A DNA stretch of 64,000 nucleotides from Octopus vulgaris (taxonomy: Eukaryota), in assembly GCA_951406725.2 (NCBI GenBank), contig OX597820.1, positions 104,160,001-104,224,000 on the forward strand. The letters run 5' to 3'. A model generated the notes under the pieces. The model did no database searches. It had not been told where the DNA came from and saw only the letters and a program-made list of their open reading frames with translations. A program made the position numbers and the translations under genes. Positions 1 to 13,800 of this stretch are shown here, in pieces (the stretch's first letter is position 1; the number at the start of each line of letters is the position of its first letter).

Positions 1-1756
1 AGGTCAGCATCTGAAGTTGTTAAGGAGAGAACTTCCAGAGTGTGCAGTTCTGGAATAAAAGAGGACTGAAGTATTTAGTACAATGTTTATGAGGAGAGAC
101 AATGTGTTGGATGAAAGGCAAAGTCGACCTCTGCGGAATTTGAACTCAGAACGCAGCGGCGGATGAAATACCTATTTCTTTACTACCCACAAGGGGCTAA
201 ACAAAGAGGGGAATGTGAGGTACAAGACCGTTTCTTTATGTGTATTATTTTTGCACTGCTTTTGCAGATTCCCATGACTGTCTGTCGGCATCCAATTCCA
301 TTATTACGAATTTGAATTGGGAGCTTGAGTCATAGTGAATCTTTCATTAGCTGATTACACAACTATGGACACCACCGCTATGCATGCATTGCAATTACTC
401 TCTTGATAGAGCTTGATGATCCTGACCGTTGATCCTGCTCAGCATCAATGTAGAAAGCACCATTGGCTCAGTTGAGCTCTTCCACTACCTCTTCACTATC
501 CACCATGTTGTAGTCCTGTGACTTCACCTTATCTTTGGTAGGGTGGCTGAACAGGTGCTATGCTTTGTCAAAGGGCAGTCCGTAACTATGCAAGGCACGA
601 TCATCACTCCATGAAGTATTTTCGATATACACACATTCCATATGTGTGATGATTGAGTCTTTTTCTGGTAAAAAAGACATGCTATATTGGTTCCGTGACA
701 GTGCAGATAATTCAGAATGACCAGTGAGTCAACTTTTGTGTTGACAAGAAGACTTGTCTTCATTGAAGTCATTAAGTATGGTAATAATAATAAGATTATT
801 GTATGTTGTGCTTTGGTGCTCTGCAGCTCATTTGGAAAGGTTAAAAGAGAGGACAGAAAGCAGCCATAAGTAAAGAAAGGCAATAATGATAGCCAAAAGA
901 TATGTACAGAATAAAACATAAAAAGACAGGAAGGTGAATAGTGCAATTATTGTATAGTTATGGGTGCATAGTAATGTCTGGTAGAAAAGACCAAATATGT
1001 ACCAAGGGGAATAACCATTGGAGTAATGTCCTCAGAGCAGGGCAAGTGGTAACTGAGCAAAGCTAGAAATTTAGAGCCAGAATAACTAAAAGGTGTTGCT
1101 GATATCTAAATGGGGAAATAGGTGTAAATTTTGCATATTCTCAGTCTCGACCTTTCACAGCAATATTTGTAATATAGAATGTTGTCTGGACATCAACAAT
1201 TGACTAAAGATATATGAGAGATTTTGTGATTTATAGATTAAGATTGTGGTGTGCATGATAATAGGTGAGAGGCAGAATCCAGGTTTAATTGAAGTTCAGT
1301 GTGTAGAAGAGCAGGAATTTTTTAGCAAATAGATCTTTCTTGGTATTTAACGTTTGTATATCTTAAATTTTGATTGAGAAAGAAAAAAAATACCATGATA
1401 CGTGTTGTTGCTAATAATTTCTACATTGATCCCAGTAAGTGGTTGTTAGTAGCCCGTAGAAGAGCTTCTTGAAACTCTATATTTGCTGGAGCATTGGTCA
1501 TGAACTTGGGAAAAGAGGATATGGAATTAGGCATCTGCTAATAAAGTTAGCAAGGAAAGGGATTGTTGGGTCACTTCTATAGATTTTGTGTTCATGTACT
1601 GGAGTCAGCCTAAGTTAATATATTGAGTTCATAATAAGTGTTTAATTACTTTAAATTTCTGGAACACTAAAAAATAACTAAGTGTTACAAGTATTTCAGA
1701 TGTATATACATATGAGAATTTTAAAAGGTTGATTAAATTGAATTTTCTTTTTTCAG

Positions 1757-1881
1757 GTGTTAAAAACGACCCAGATATGCGTGGTGTTATTCCAAATTCT
1801 TTTGAGCATATTTTTCAACACATTTCACGTTCTGAAAACCAACAGTATTTAGTGAGAGCTTCATATCTCGAAATATATCAG
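1757..1881 (+). CDS. KIF3B: KIF3B exon ([20 protein letters not shown]...SYLEIYQ)
   Basis: tttcag acceptor, gtttga donor; kinesin motor sequence. Confidence 0.93.
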
Positions 1882-4800
1882 GTTTGATTCATGTTTCTTC
1901 ATCTTTCTGATTAAAATAATGGAAAGCTTTAGCTGTATCTTCCTTCTTTGAGTTTCTATCAATACTCATTTGTAAATCTAGTTACCTTAGACTTGCTTTT
2001 TTAAACCCAGATCTTAATTTTGAGATGTTGATGTTCCTTACTAGCAATTTCATTTCCATATTATTTCAAATGAGAATCCTTATTTTTAGCACACAAAGCT
2101 TAACTACTCTTGATCCTTTTACCATATTTCTGTTGAATTATATTGCTTTTATTTCAATTAATTTTGAAAATAATGAAGCATTTTGTAAAATAACTTATTG
2201 AACTGATATATGGGACATAAAAATTAATTAGAGATTTCAATGTTGGTTTTAATCTACATCACTTTGAAAACTAAAGTTTTTATCATAGAACCAAGGAAGT
2301 CTTAGGCTGGTTGGTATCATAAGGGTTAATGGAATGCTAAAAAGAGAGATATCAGAGATCATTTTACAGGAATTTAATGCAACTCTATTGAAACACAATG
2401 CCCAATGATGTATCAGTGCTAATAACAAAGCAATGATTTTTTACTCAAGTTCACAACCGTTGCGGGTGGGGGGGTACATGCAGTTGATTTAAACCAGCTC
2501 CACTAATTGATTAGTGTTTATTTTGTCAACTATGAAAGAGTATTAATCACAACATCAAAAGCAAAAATAATAATAATAATAATAATCCTTTCTATAATAG
2601 ACACAAGGCCTAAAATTTTGTGGGTGAGGGCTTGCCAATTATATCAACCCCAGTGTTTGTCTGGTACTTACTTCATCGACCCCAAAAGGATGAAATACAA
2701 AGCCATATGCACAATGCCAAAAATTTTGGGGAAAGAGTTGGCTGATTAGTTCAACCCTTGTACTCAACAAGTATTTTATTTATGGTGATTGCTAACAGAG
2801 ACAACTATAAATGTTAATTACAGAGTGGGATCGCTAAGCAGTGATCAGTAAAATTGGAATGTTATCTATCTGAATATGCTTGATGCATGTTCAAACTGGG
2901 GGACAAGCTACTTGCTGCATTTTGTCATGGAGAATATATCTCACTTGTTGACAAATGAGACATATATGTATACACCTAGATCAGCTCACAGCACTATCTA
3001 CCTAGACTATGAGATGTTAACATTTCAGAGTAGTTGTCACCTCATTGGTCACAGACACTAAGCAGACAACACCACAAGCTGAATTAAGAGATTACCTCTC
3101 TTACGCTTTTCCAGTCACCATACGGTGACTGGCAGCGCTATGCGGCGGCTCACCATAAATTACGCAGGGGGAGCACTAAGCAGTGAAGAGTAAAATGGCA
3201 AAGTTATTATCAGTCCAAATATGCTTGATGCACGTACGAACTGGGGTAACTTGTTCCCCAGTTTGAATGTGCATCAAACATTAGGACTGATAACATTGCA
3301 TAAATGTTAAATAGTAGAATAGTCAAATTGACCATAGTACTTCTTTGGAACCTATTTTATTGATTTTACATAGTTGAAAGGCAAACTTAGCCTTAGACTT
3401 TTAGGTATAAAACATTAACTGAAACATAACTAAATACCAGGTTATTTCTACATAAGGTGATATTTATTTCCAGCTAGTTTAATTGAAGCAAATAGAATAA
3501 GAAGTAAATTGCAATACTTGTGACTCATAAATATATATAGTGAGTATTTGATGCTTTGTGAATCTGAAATTATGATAACCATGAATAAAATGCTTTGTTA
3601 TTTTGTCAAACTATAATTAAGACACTTTGCTCAAATATATCGTGAAGCACCTATAAAAACCTGTCCCTCCTTATAGTTCGAATACTATTTTACCAGTCAC
3701 CATAATACCACTTATGCTCCGTAATGTTTAGTTTTTTATGAGTTCAGTCTTCTTGACGTGGAAAAATTATTCAGTTCTTATGGGTTTGTATAAGTAAATA
3801 TTAACGAAAGACAAAGTTTTTCTTATTTTCTATTTTAGTTCTACTACAAAGGACTGTCTAGTTACTAAGGATGATGAAGTACAAATTAGGAAGCATTGTT
3901 ATTTAAACAAGGGGAAATTTTTAAAAATATTTTTATAGATTTCTCATTAATAATTTTTTTACCCATTTTGAGTTTAGTGAAGATTTAAAATGCTATTCAA
4001 ATATAAACTATCATGTCTTTGTTGTTTTTTCCATATTATGTTTCTAGGAAGAAATTCGAGATTTACTGTCCAAAGATCAGTCCAAGCGACTTGAACTAAA
4101 AGAACGACCTGATACTGGTGTGTACGTCAAGGTAAGTAGATGTAAAAGAACAGCTCATTTCTTTTGTTGCCCTCATTATCACTATCCACTTTACTTCTCT
4201 CTCAACTTTTGAGACCTAATCATCATCATTTAATGTTCCAGGTGGGACTGCTCTCTGTTTCTATTCATTATCCCACTTCTCTACATCTCCTGGCTTTTAC
4301 AAACCTACCAACTCCTACTCCTGCTGCAATTTTCCCTCATCCCATTTCATTCACACTGCTATTCCATTCTTACAAATCCTCTGCAACCAAGATGGACTTT
4401 GAAGCTATGTCACAGCAAATGGTCTTCTTCCCACATGGTTACTTCCCTTCTTTCTAATCAACCCTTAATCTCCACCCTCTTCCCTATATCTGTCCTGTTC
4501 TCAACCATCTTCCATTCTGCCACCTGACTTCTCTAATGGACCATTCTACAAATTTAACGTCCCATATCTTTCCTGAACACACTCTCCCTTCCTTCAGACA
4601 TAACTGTACACTGTTTCTTCATTCTTCATTACACCCAGCCTTAATCCATTGGCAGCTCCCACCCTTTCTCTAGAACATCACCCCCGACTCAGACTTTGGT
4701 TGTCTTCTCATGTCATAGAGTGCATCAGTTGCCCCTCTAAAAATGTTGTCTACTGTATCAACTGTTAACTCCATGGTTTTATTGTACTTGGTCATGGTTT

Positions 4801-7800
4801 GGCTGTTTATTTTAGGGGAACATTTGATACCATTGCATTGGATCTCTCTGGCCTCTAATCTAGCACTTCAGTTGAATTCTTCAAGCTCTTTCCACCCACA
4901 CCTCTTTGTTTGCAGGCTTGTACAAGACTGTGGTACTCTTATTTCCTGGTTTTCTTTCAAGCAACTAACACAGCTGTCCCATCTGATATCAATATTTGAC
5001 TTGGTTTCATATAACCCCTACACACGCATATACTAATAATGCCCATACTTGCATTTCAGCCAACACTTTTTCCCCCATACACTTGAACATACTTCACCAC
5101 CCATCCACTACACTGCAATGTTTTCTCATACCACCCAACACTATCTTATGCATTATTCACACCAACACATTCATTACTCACTATTACACATGAACACATA
5201 GCCTCACAACCATTTTCTTATACACACACTCATACATAAACACTCACACATACTTCAATATATTGTTTTGATGCTTATTTTCCCTGACTACATATTTCAT
5301 CTTCTCTTCAGGAAACCACTGACTCTATTCATTTCTTGTCTATCATTGCAGCATGCTTCATCTCTGAATCCCATTGTATGTCTATAGAGATGTAATATGA
5401 GATTCTTGTAGCTTACAAGAGTATTTATAATGTTAGTAGCTGTAATTTTAGACCTTCATAGCAATTCAATAACCATTTCTATTATTATAATAGTGTGGTA
5501 TTATTACATTCTTTTCCATGTCAGCTTAGACTTTTTGGAAGTTACAGTCTAAGTTACATTTCTGAAGAGCTCTTACATACATATACATCAAATGATTTCA
5601 TGATCATTCGTTTTGTGAGTGAGCAATTTTCAAAGCAGTTAAGGCATTGTTACCATGATGCTTGCATGAGTCAGACGAAATTTGCTACAGATTTTCTACA
5701 GCTTGATGCCCTTCCTATTATCTGTCTCCAAGCAAAATCATCCAATCATATTTTTACTCAGCTTTGAGCATGAACAGCACAACAACGACGTGTCCGCAAA
5801 AGATTGCAAACTAATGACACTGTTTGTATGATATTTGTTTACAACTATAATTTTATTTCATGACAAGAACACACGCACACAGATGTGTTTGTGTATGTGT
5901 TTATATTATCATATTGATGAGCTTCTTTTAGTTTCTATCTACCAAATCCATTCACAAGGGTAGGAAACCCTTGCCATGCAGTGGGACTGAATCCCAAAAG
6001 TGAGCTTTCCACACATTCATGCCTTCACCTATAATAATAATAATAATGAAATTATTGCATACAGTGCTCAGGTGCACCACAACTTGTCAGAAAGTGCGTA
6101 TAAAGTATATGCAGTAATGTACAAATGTCTGGAAAGCGAACAATGCATGAGTCAGATACATGCTTGTGTGTGTATGGAGTGGGGAAAATCAGGTGTAGTG
6201 TTGGCGAATCTCAGGAAGCATGGAAGTTTTGAAGGATGCAGTGCTCCGACAACTAACAACTGATGCCGGCAGTTCGTTCCATGCTTCAGCAATTCTCAGC
6301 ATGAAAAAATATTTCCTAAAGTCATGGGAGCTGTGCTGTTTTCTGACTTTATAAATATGTCCACGGGTGTTAGATGGGTGGAGTTTGAAAAGGTGCTCAG
6401 AGTTATTGTTTGTACGATGGTTGATAATTTTATGGGTGACTGCCAAGTCAGCTGCCAGACGTCGGAGTTTCAATGTGTCCATGCCCAGGGAAGTAAAATT
6501 CCATTTCTAAAATGTCTTGAGTGATGGAGTTTGACAGAGTCCCAAATAAGCCACTAGTTTGTTTAAGTGTATGTAACTTTATACTGCATAAAGACAAACA
6601 GCCTGTGCTTGAAGGTATATGAAGCCTCAGAATCTTTCAGTACCACGGTGAATGTTTCCAATAGTAGTCAATGTTCCATCCTGGTGATGTGACTTTTAGT
6701 AAATTAAACTGAAGTGTCAGCATCCCATGACGGAAGTCAGTTTATATCAGGCTTCTATTTACTAAAATCTTGTAAACATCTTCAAACAAAACTGTGCAGA
6801 AAATAATTTACAAGAATATTTGGAGCTGTAGTAACTAAAGTCACAGTACCTCATGGAAATTCAATTATTATTTCATCATCATAATTTTAGTCCACTTTTC
6901 CATGCTTGCATGGGTTAGATGGAATTTGTTGAGGCAAATTTTTTACAGCCAGATACCCTTCCCCTCATTAACACTCACATGTTTCCAAGCAAGGTAATAT
7001 TTTTTTCCACAGACGATAGGAAACACAATACCTCTTGTATGACAGTGATGCTCATATACAATTATAGTGTGATGACATGACAAGGCTAGCACACACACAC
7101 ACGCACAGATATATACATATATATATATATATATATCATCATCATCATCGTTTAACGTCCGCTTTCCATGCTATCATGGGTTGTACAGTTCGACTGGGGT
7201 CTGGGAAGCCAGGAGGCAGCACCAGGCCCAGTCTGATCTGGCAGTGATTCTACAGCTGGATGCCCTTCCTAACGCCAACCACTCTGTGAGTGTAGTGGGT
7301 GCTTTTTACGTGCCACCGGCACGGAGGCCATTCGGGACGGCGCTGGCAACAGCCATGTTTGGATGGTTCTTTTACGTGCCACCGGCACTGGTATCACAAT
7401 TACAATTTCCATTGATTTTGAGCAATTTCAATTTCGATTTCACTTGCCTCAACAGGTCTTCGCAAGAAGGAAAGGTATGCATAAGTAGGCTGGCTACATC
7501 CCAGGTAGAGGCCACAGGTTATGGCCTCACTTGTCCTGCCAGGTCTTCTCACACACAGCATACTTCCAAAGTTCTACACACCATGCACATGTGCATGTGT
7601 GTGCACATACACACAAGGCTTCTTTCAGTTTCTGCCTACCAAATCCACTCATAAAACTTTGATTGACCTGAGACTATGGTATGGTATAAGACAACTTCCC
7701 AAGGTGCCATGCACTGAAAGGACTGGTTTCTATAAATATGTTTATATTTTACTTTATGGAACATCCTGTTTTGTAAATTATATTGGGCCATCCCATAAAT

Positions 7801-10800
7801 AATGCAGTTTTTTTCAATTGCATGAACTAAAACTCGGAGGGGGATGGGATAAACTACCTGCATCAACTTGCTATAAAAGCAGATAGTAATTTTACCTTGT
7901 ACTTATTCTTGGTGCAGTTCAATTTTAAGTTACTTTTTCAAAGCTATAACGAAAGTGACAAAGGAGCATATTTTGCTTTATGAGTTCAATAAAGGCAACA
8001 TCGCAACGGAAAGTGCAAGGATTATTAATGTAGTATATGGAGATCGGACAATAAGCGTAAGCCAGTGTCAACGGTGGTTCCAGAAATTTCAAGCCGGAAA
8101 CTACAGCCTATAAGATAAGCCTCGTCCTGGAAGATCTGTAGAGCTTGGCAAGGACGTCCTGCAAACCCTGGTGGAACAAAGTCCCATCGTAACCGTTGAG
8201 GAACTAGCAGAGAAGTTTGGATTTGGTCATTCAACCATTCAGTGACACCTGTGTGCCATCGAAAAAGTTAGCAAATTGGGTCAGTGGGTTTGTTACAAAC
8301 TTTCCGAGTCTAATCACACACAGAGAGTGAATGTGTGCTCTTCTTTGCTGTCATGTCTCAGAAATTAGCCTTTTTTTGGTTGAATAGTAACTGGTGAAAA
8401 GAAATGGGTTCTCTGTAAAAATGTCAAGCACTGAAGACAGTGGGTAGGGAAAGGAGAAACACCGGCACCTTAGACATAAGAAGGTTTTCTCTCACTTAAA
8501 GTGTTATCTGTTTGGTGTGATATGAAAGGTTCAGTTCACTTTCAACTTTTAAACCCAAACCAAATGATAACAAAGGAGATCTACTGCAGCAGCTTGAGCA
8601 GCTTAAGTCTGTGCTAGAAGAAAAACAACCATTTTTGGATAATGCTCAGCCACATACAGTGAGGATGACATTCCAAAGGCTGGAGCAGTTTGAATGGAAA
8701 TTATGCTCCACCCGCCATACTCGCCAGACATTGCCCCATCTGGTTATCATTTATTCCTCAGTCTTCAAAATCATTTGGACAGAAAATATATGAATCCTGT
8801 AGACTAAGTCAGAACAGCACTGGAGGAGTATTTTTAATCACTGACAAGTGAATTTTGGAGGAGGGGCCTTGCTAGTCTACTAGATAGATGGAAAAGCATT
8901 ATAGAAAATGAAGGAGTGTATATTTTAGATTAAAAAAGGAAATTTCTTTATATTAATTTTGAAAGATAAGAGAAGCATAAAAAAACCCCACATTATTTAT
9001 GGGATGATCCAATATAATAGCTTAACTGTGACATAAAAATAATCCCAATTACTTTAATCCTTTCATATAAACCTAATGTCTTAGCTACACAGTTATGCCT
9101 ATATCTTTCTTTGTTATATTATGTGTTATAAATGTCTTATATAAAATATCAGATTAAATAATTTAAATTAAGTAAATAACTGGGGGTGACAAGTTGGCTG
9201 AAAATCTTGAAGTAATTGCTTTTAATTATTTCGTTTTATCTGTCCTTGTTCTGAATTTAAATCTTGCCATGATCCATTTTTCGGTTCATTCTCCTGTAGT
9301 CAAGAAAATAAGCACCAATTGATTTAGTTACCTATATCTCTTTCCTATGAGCACCTAACATTTTGTTTCGTCTGAAGGTCACTGTATTGTTAGGTTATTG
9401 GTATATAACATGACTAGGCGGCGAGCTGGCAGAATCGTTAGCACGTCGGGCGAAATGCTTAGCGGTATTTCGGCTGCCGTAACGTGAGTTCAAATTCCGC
9501 CGAGGTCGACTTTGCCTTTCATCCTTTCGGGGTCGATAAATTAAGTACCAGTTACGCATTGGGGCCGATGTAATCGACTTAATACCTATGTTTGTCCCCT
9601 CTATGTTTAGCCCCTTGTGGGTAATAAAGAAATAGGTATATAACATGACTAAATTTTATTTCATAATTAAAAAAAAAAAGTGATCTAAAGTATATATGAA
9701 ACTCCCCACCACTACAAAAAGGAAATTTAGAGATAATTTCATTTGTGAAATTAAGAAAATGTTTTTGTGCAATTCAACCCAATACTTGTAATATTCAATT
9801 TCGGGGTTGTTTGTTTTTCTTTCTATTTGTAATATCTACAGTGTTTAACTAATTATATAATATAAATGGCGATATAATTATATTAGCAGTCATCATCATC
9901 ATCATTTGACATCCGTTTTCCATGCTAGCATGGGTTGGACGGTTCGACCGGGGTCTGGTAAGCCATGGAGGCTGCACCAGGCTCCAATCTGATTTGGCAG
10001 TGTTTCTACAGCTGGATGCCCTTCCTAACGCCAACCACTCCGTGAGTGTAGTGGGTGCTTTTTACATGCTACCGGCACAGGGGCTAGAGCAGGTTGGCAA
10101 ACGGCCACGACCGGTTGGTGCTTTTATGTGTCACCATTAAATGAATTATAATCTCCATGAGATACAAAGTCGAAATGGCAGCAAAAGTATTTACTAGTAT
10201 GTATTGCTGGCCAGGAAATGTGTCACTGTTATCTCTGGCAGTAAAGGGTCCATCATTGATGAGATCAATATAAACAAGAGTGCATTTTACACCAAAAGCC
10301 AATATGTAAGTTTGGTATCTACCACAATATAGTTTGTTCTAACAGGACATCTACGTTTAAGTGGGGATAGATATTACTTATTGATATTAATGTAGTTTCT
10401 GTCACTAATATATATTACAAGCACACCCCCACCCCCCAGTCCAATGGACAGTGCTGAGTTGTCAAACATTTAAACCATTTTCTCAAAACAACCTGTCCGA
10501 CCGTCCCATTTTGTGGCATTATTTCAAGCCAGCTGGCTTTTTTTGTACAAAGTGCACATGCATTTTTCTTGCGTACACGTAGTATCGATCACAACAGCTG
10601 ATGTACTTGCGCATACAAATGCACGTTCTCACGGCTTTATCGACTGCATTCTCACCTGGAATTGATTTTTGTAATTTTTTCAAGGCTTATTACATGCCCT
10701 GATACCTGAAATGCTTTTGTCTATCTTCCTGATCAACAACAACAGCAACAAAGTTAAACGATGATGATGATACTGTTATGCAAGCAGTGTCATTCATTTC

Positions 10801-13800
10801 AAATATGCCATGAGAACATGTCTGTTCATGGAGATATACTACCTTGCTTAGAAACGTGAGAGTTGGCATGAGGAAGTGTGTCTACCTCACCTCATTGAAT
10901 TCCATCTGATCCATGTGAGCATGGAAATGTGGACATTAAAATAATAATGATGATGATGATGACAATGACTTGAATCTTGAGAGCTATTTCTTTTCATACA
11001 TTCATACACACACACACACACACATCATATGTAGGAAAAAGTGGTAGGGTCAAATATGACATTTATTGGGCCTCAGATAATGCCTGTCTGAAACAATTTG
11101 GAATGTGGTATATTGCAATACACCACATTCTAATATGGCAAAATAGCTGCTATTGTGGTGATGGAATAATAGTGTTGGTGCTGTTATCACCATTGTTGTC
11201 TTCTTTTAAAGAACGTTTGATCAAGCATAACAGGAGTGGCTGTGTGGTAAGGAGTGGCGGCTGTGTGGTAAGTAGCTTGCTAACCAACCACATGGTTCCG
11301 GGTTCAGTCCCACTGCGTGGCATCTTGGGCAAGTGTCTTCTGCTATAGCCCCGGGCCGACCAATGCCTTGTGAGTGGATTTGGTAGACGGAAACTGAAAG
11401 AAGCCTGTCGTATATATGTATATATATGTGTGTGTGTGTTTGTCCCCCTAGCATTGCTTGACAACCTATGCTAGTGTGTTTATGTCCCCGTCACTTAGCA
11501 GTTCGGCAAAAGAGACTGATAGAATAAGTACTGGGCTTACAAAGAATAAGTCCCCGGGTCGATTTGCTCGACTAAAGGCGGTGCTCCAGCATGGCCGCAG
11601 TCAAATGACTGAAACAAGTAAAAGAGTAACATAGATGAGGATTTGCGTATTTATTCTTAATACATTCAAATTTGCCCGAATGTATTAATAAATATGAAAA
11701 TTCAGATTTTGATATATACAGCAATGATTTGTTTCTATCAATATGTAACTTACTTTTAGAACTACAGCTGAAAGTATATCCTTATCAATTGTCATATTAA
11801 TATTAAATATTGAATAAAATGATTAATATGTTCATTTATTTCGGTTTTAATTACAGGATTTGTCTTCGTTTGTAACCAAAAGTGCAAAGGAAATTGAACA
11901 TGTGATGAATGTTGGTAACCAGAATCGTGCTGTTGGGTATGTTCTCTGTCAAATTTCTTTAATAATTCATTGTAATGACAAAAATAGTGAAGGAAAGACT
12001 TAGTCTTTAGGCCATTAATCTCACAGCTTATCCCCATATTTTAAATAAGATGTAATGAGAGCTTGCAGTACATATACTAGATATATGCTAAAGTCACTTG
12101 TTAATCCAGTTACAAACCACAGGGGTCTATTTATTTGCTATATTGCTTAACATATTAGAAACACATCTAATCCATCTCTCCACTGGATGCTAGCCTTTTG
12201 CCACTAACTTTTCCTTGACAGCCTGGTATCCATTATTTTGCCTCGGTTTCAACCCTGATCATCCAAGAGATCTATGATGAAAAATGTTCCAGCCCTTTTT
12301 GTATTCATAATGAATCCCAGTTACCATTATCCAATTTCTCCTTCCTTTTTTTTCAAGAAGGTAGAGTGTGATCAGAAAGACATTTAGATGTTATTTCTAA
12401 CAAGGCAAGTGGTTGTTCAGAAAATTATTTAATATATTGTTTAGCCCAAGTTGTCCCCCGAAGCAAGAAAACTACAAACATCATCTACTCCATCTGTGAC
12501 CAGCTCATTTTTTATTTTAATTTTCTAGACAGAGTATCTACAACCACATCACTGAATCTGTCCTTTTATTTTTATGATAGTGATTTGAGGGAGATCTGAC
12601 TGCTTTTTCTAGCTGGTCAAGTATCAGTGTAGAGGCTGTCATTAGCTCACTCTGCTATCTGTTCTCCAACTAAATAAACTGGGATAAGCACACTTTAATG
12701 TCATGCTAAGAGATTCTAGTGGAATGTTCACTTGTGACCTATGATTTAGCTGTCTTATATCTTATCACTGCCATTTCACCCTTTGCACTAACTCTGTCAA
12801 GTACTGTACCTGTTTAATTAATACCTGTCTCTTATCTAACCTAGCAACTGGTTGGCAATACACCATTTTCTTTTCTGCTTTTCATTCCATTCAAGAACAA
12901 GTTGGATGATTTCTTCTGTTTTTATATATGTCATGAATTAATGCCAACTTCTTGCTTCTTATTAGGCAGTGATCCCTATATTTCAGCAACTTTGACTATA
13001 CAGTGATTACCTCAATAAGTTCATTTGAGATATGATCATGGCTACTCATCAACAATAACTGTAGCAAGCAATCAGTCTGAAAGCCTTCCCATTACCCTGT
13101 GTAACACTTTTGGTCCTTGGGAAACAACTTATTTCCTATTTGCTTACCCCTAAAAAGTATGAAAAATGGCAAATATTTGCTTCAAACTTTGCTTTTGTTA
13201 CATTTATTCAAACTCCAAAGACTCCCTCTCAACACATGGTTTTGATGCCCCCACTCCTCTACTCCTGCTCATCATTAATGATATACATATTGTCCACCAC
13301 TAAGGGACATGCCCAAGTGGTTAAGGTTGAGCAACTGACAAGCAGTTATGTGGTATTGAGCAGAATATTTGCTATAATGATATTTCTACTTCAGCAACTC
13401 AGTGCTGAATGTCTGAAATGTAATGGAAAATAGATCAGTTTTCAAAATATTGATGTCCAGGTCACAAAAGCAAAGTCTGAAGGAAAAAGTAGTTATTTCC
13501 TTTGATTTCTAGTTAGAAGTAAATAGGAAATATCACTTATTGACCAAAGCCAAAAAAAAAGATTCTGTTACATACTTTACAAATTATCAAATTCTGCTTT
13601 AGTATCCATTGAACTCTTTCACATATTTAGAGTAAAATTGTCATTTGTTAACTCTTTAAACTTGAGATGTTGTTACAGCAGCCACCATAACATAGTGTCT
13701 AGCCTCATTCTATTCATTTATAAACAATCAAGGAATAGTGTCTCTTGTGTTTGATGGGTTCATTTCTCTGGGATTGAGTAGGTTCTTGCGATCTTTTCGG

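Noticed and set aside
524-946. 140-aa minus-strand ORF
   Set aside because: It is intronic and antisense to the kinesin gene, has no recognisable motif, and is probably decayed repeat sequence.
7181-7654. Recurring ORFs containing [20 protein letters not shown] or [14 protein letters not shown]
   Set aside because: These are incidental reading frames of SINE families A and C, with inconsistent starts and frames between copies.
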